Shown piece after piece: positions 63,211 to 64,000 of a stretch of 64,000 nucleotides of DNA; the first letter of the stretch is position 1, and the number at the start of each line of letters is the position of its first letter. Made by a program: the position numbers and the translations under genes. Source of the DNA: Raja brachyura (lineage: Eukaryota); assembly GCA_963514005.1 (NCBI GenBank), contig OY740781.1, positions 30,132,001 to 30,196,000 on the forward strand, given 5' to 3'. A model generated the notes under the pieces. It saw nothing but the letters and a program-made list of their open reading frames with translations, was not told the DNA's origin and did not search any database.

Positions 63211-64000
63211 ATTTAACCTGTCATGTTTGTGCCAGCTCTTTGATAAGGCTGAACACTTGGATCCTGTTTTTTGCCTGTAATACTTTTAATTAAAATTTGT
63301 CAAATATAGATCCAATTGTTTATTCCATGGACATACCATGATTTAACACTACAAACCATCAGGTAAAAACAAATATAGCTATATGCAAACATATTTTCCG
63401 AAGAATAATCTTCATAGGATTCAAGCAATATAGAAATTCATTTCTACCAAGTAGAAGAATTAAAATTAAAACATTAACTGTTGCTATTTTTTTCTGTTTA
63501 TGTACCATTATGTTCAGGTAAAATTTCTGGAATTAAATGACATCACTCATACAAATCAACATTATTTTTCTCTACATCTAATCTCTGATAAGGGGCACCA
63601 TTAACTGAAACACTACAACTGTTTTATTTGTTTTGGGATAAGGTCAAAGGTTCTTCATACACTGGAGTCTGGCTGCACAAATCACTGACAAATTGTTTCT
63701 GACGTCAAACATCCAGGGCTGAGCAGAGTTTAGAAAATCTGTAAAACATCAAACTCAGGTTTGAAGACAAAGTGTGGGAAAAATTTGTGGCATCCATATC
63801 ATTCTCTGAATGTTATCATAAGGGCGACTATGCATTAGAACACAAACACCGCAGTACCCATTTCTTATTATTACTGGCTTGCAAAGACATTGAGGAAAGC
63901 CTAGACATGGCTGTTTAAGTTTTATGAAAGGCTTCAATAGATTTGACATTGCTGATTTTGCTCTTCCTTATAACTTTTTCTCTCACCATCTCCAAAGCAA

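Noticed and set aside
38930-64000. DYM start-codon exon (MG.NSS..FWNQLL)
   Set aside because: Not found by eye on the minus strand; presumably beyond the window end.

Overview
Vertebrate genomic DNA. The repeat content (HE1/V-type tRNA SINEs, abundant CR1, Penelope-like pLTRs) suggests an elasmobranch such as a skate or ray; this is inferred, not searched. The window lies inside the dymeclin (DYM) gene on the minus strand. Six internal coding exons (53, 94, 134, 73, 126, 143 bp) have canonical GT-AG sites and compatible phases; the start-codon exon and the downstream exons were not found in the window. The introns hold densely nested transposons: the 3' end of a DIRS tyrosine-recombinase retrotransposon, L2, Rex1/Babar, CR1, L1 and RTE LINE fragments, Penelope-like elements with minimal hammerhead ribozyme cores, three Tc1 elements, four Harbinger-type MITEs, Helitron-like elements, an AT-TSD (ISL2EU-like) element and V-SINEs. 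Most notable: (i) two TSD-flanked micro-insertions of 83 and 92 bp that begin exactly at a hammerhead CUGAAGA core; (ii) a chimeric 279-aa Tc1-HTH/CR1-esterase ORF formed at a template-switch junction; (iii) several precisely reconstructable nested insertions. Nearly all entries in the ORF track are TE fragments or spurious. Boundaries without a stated TSD, TIR or splice site are approximate.
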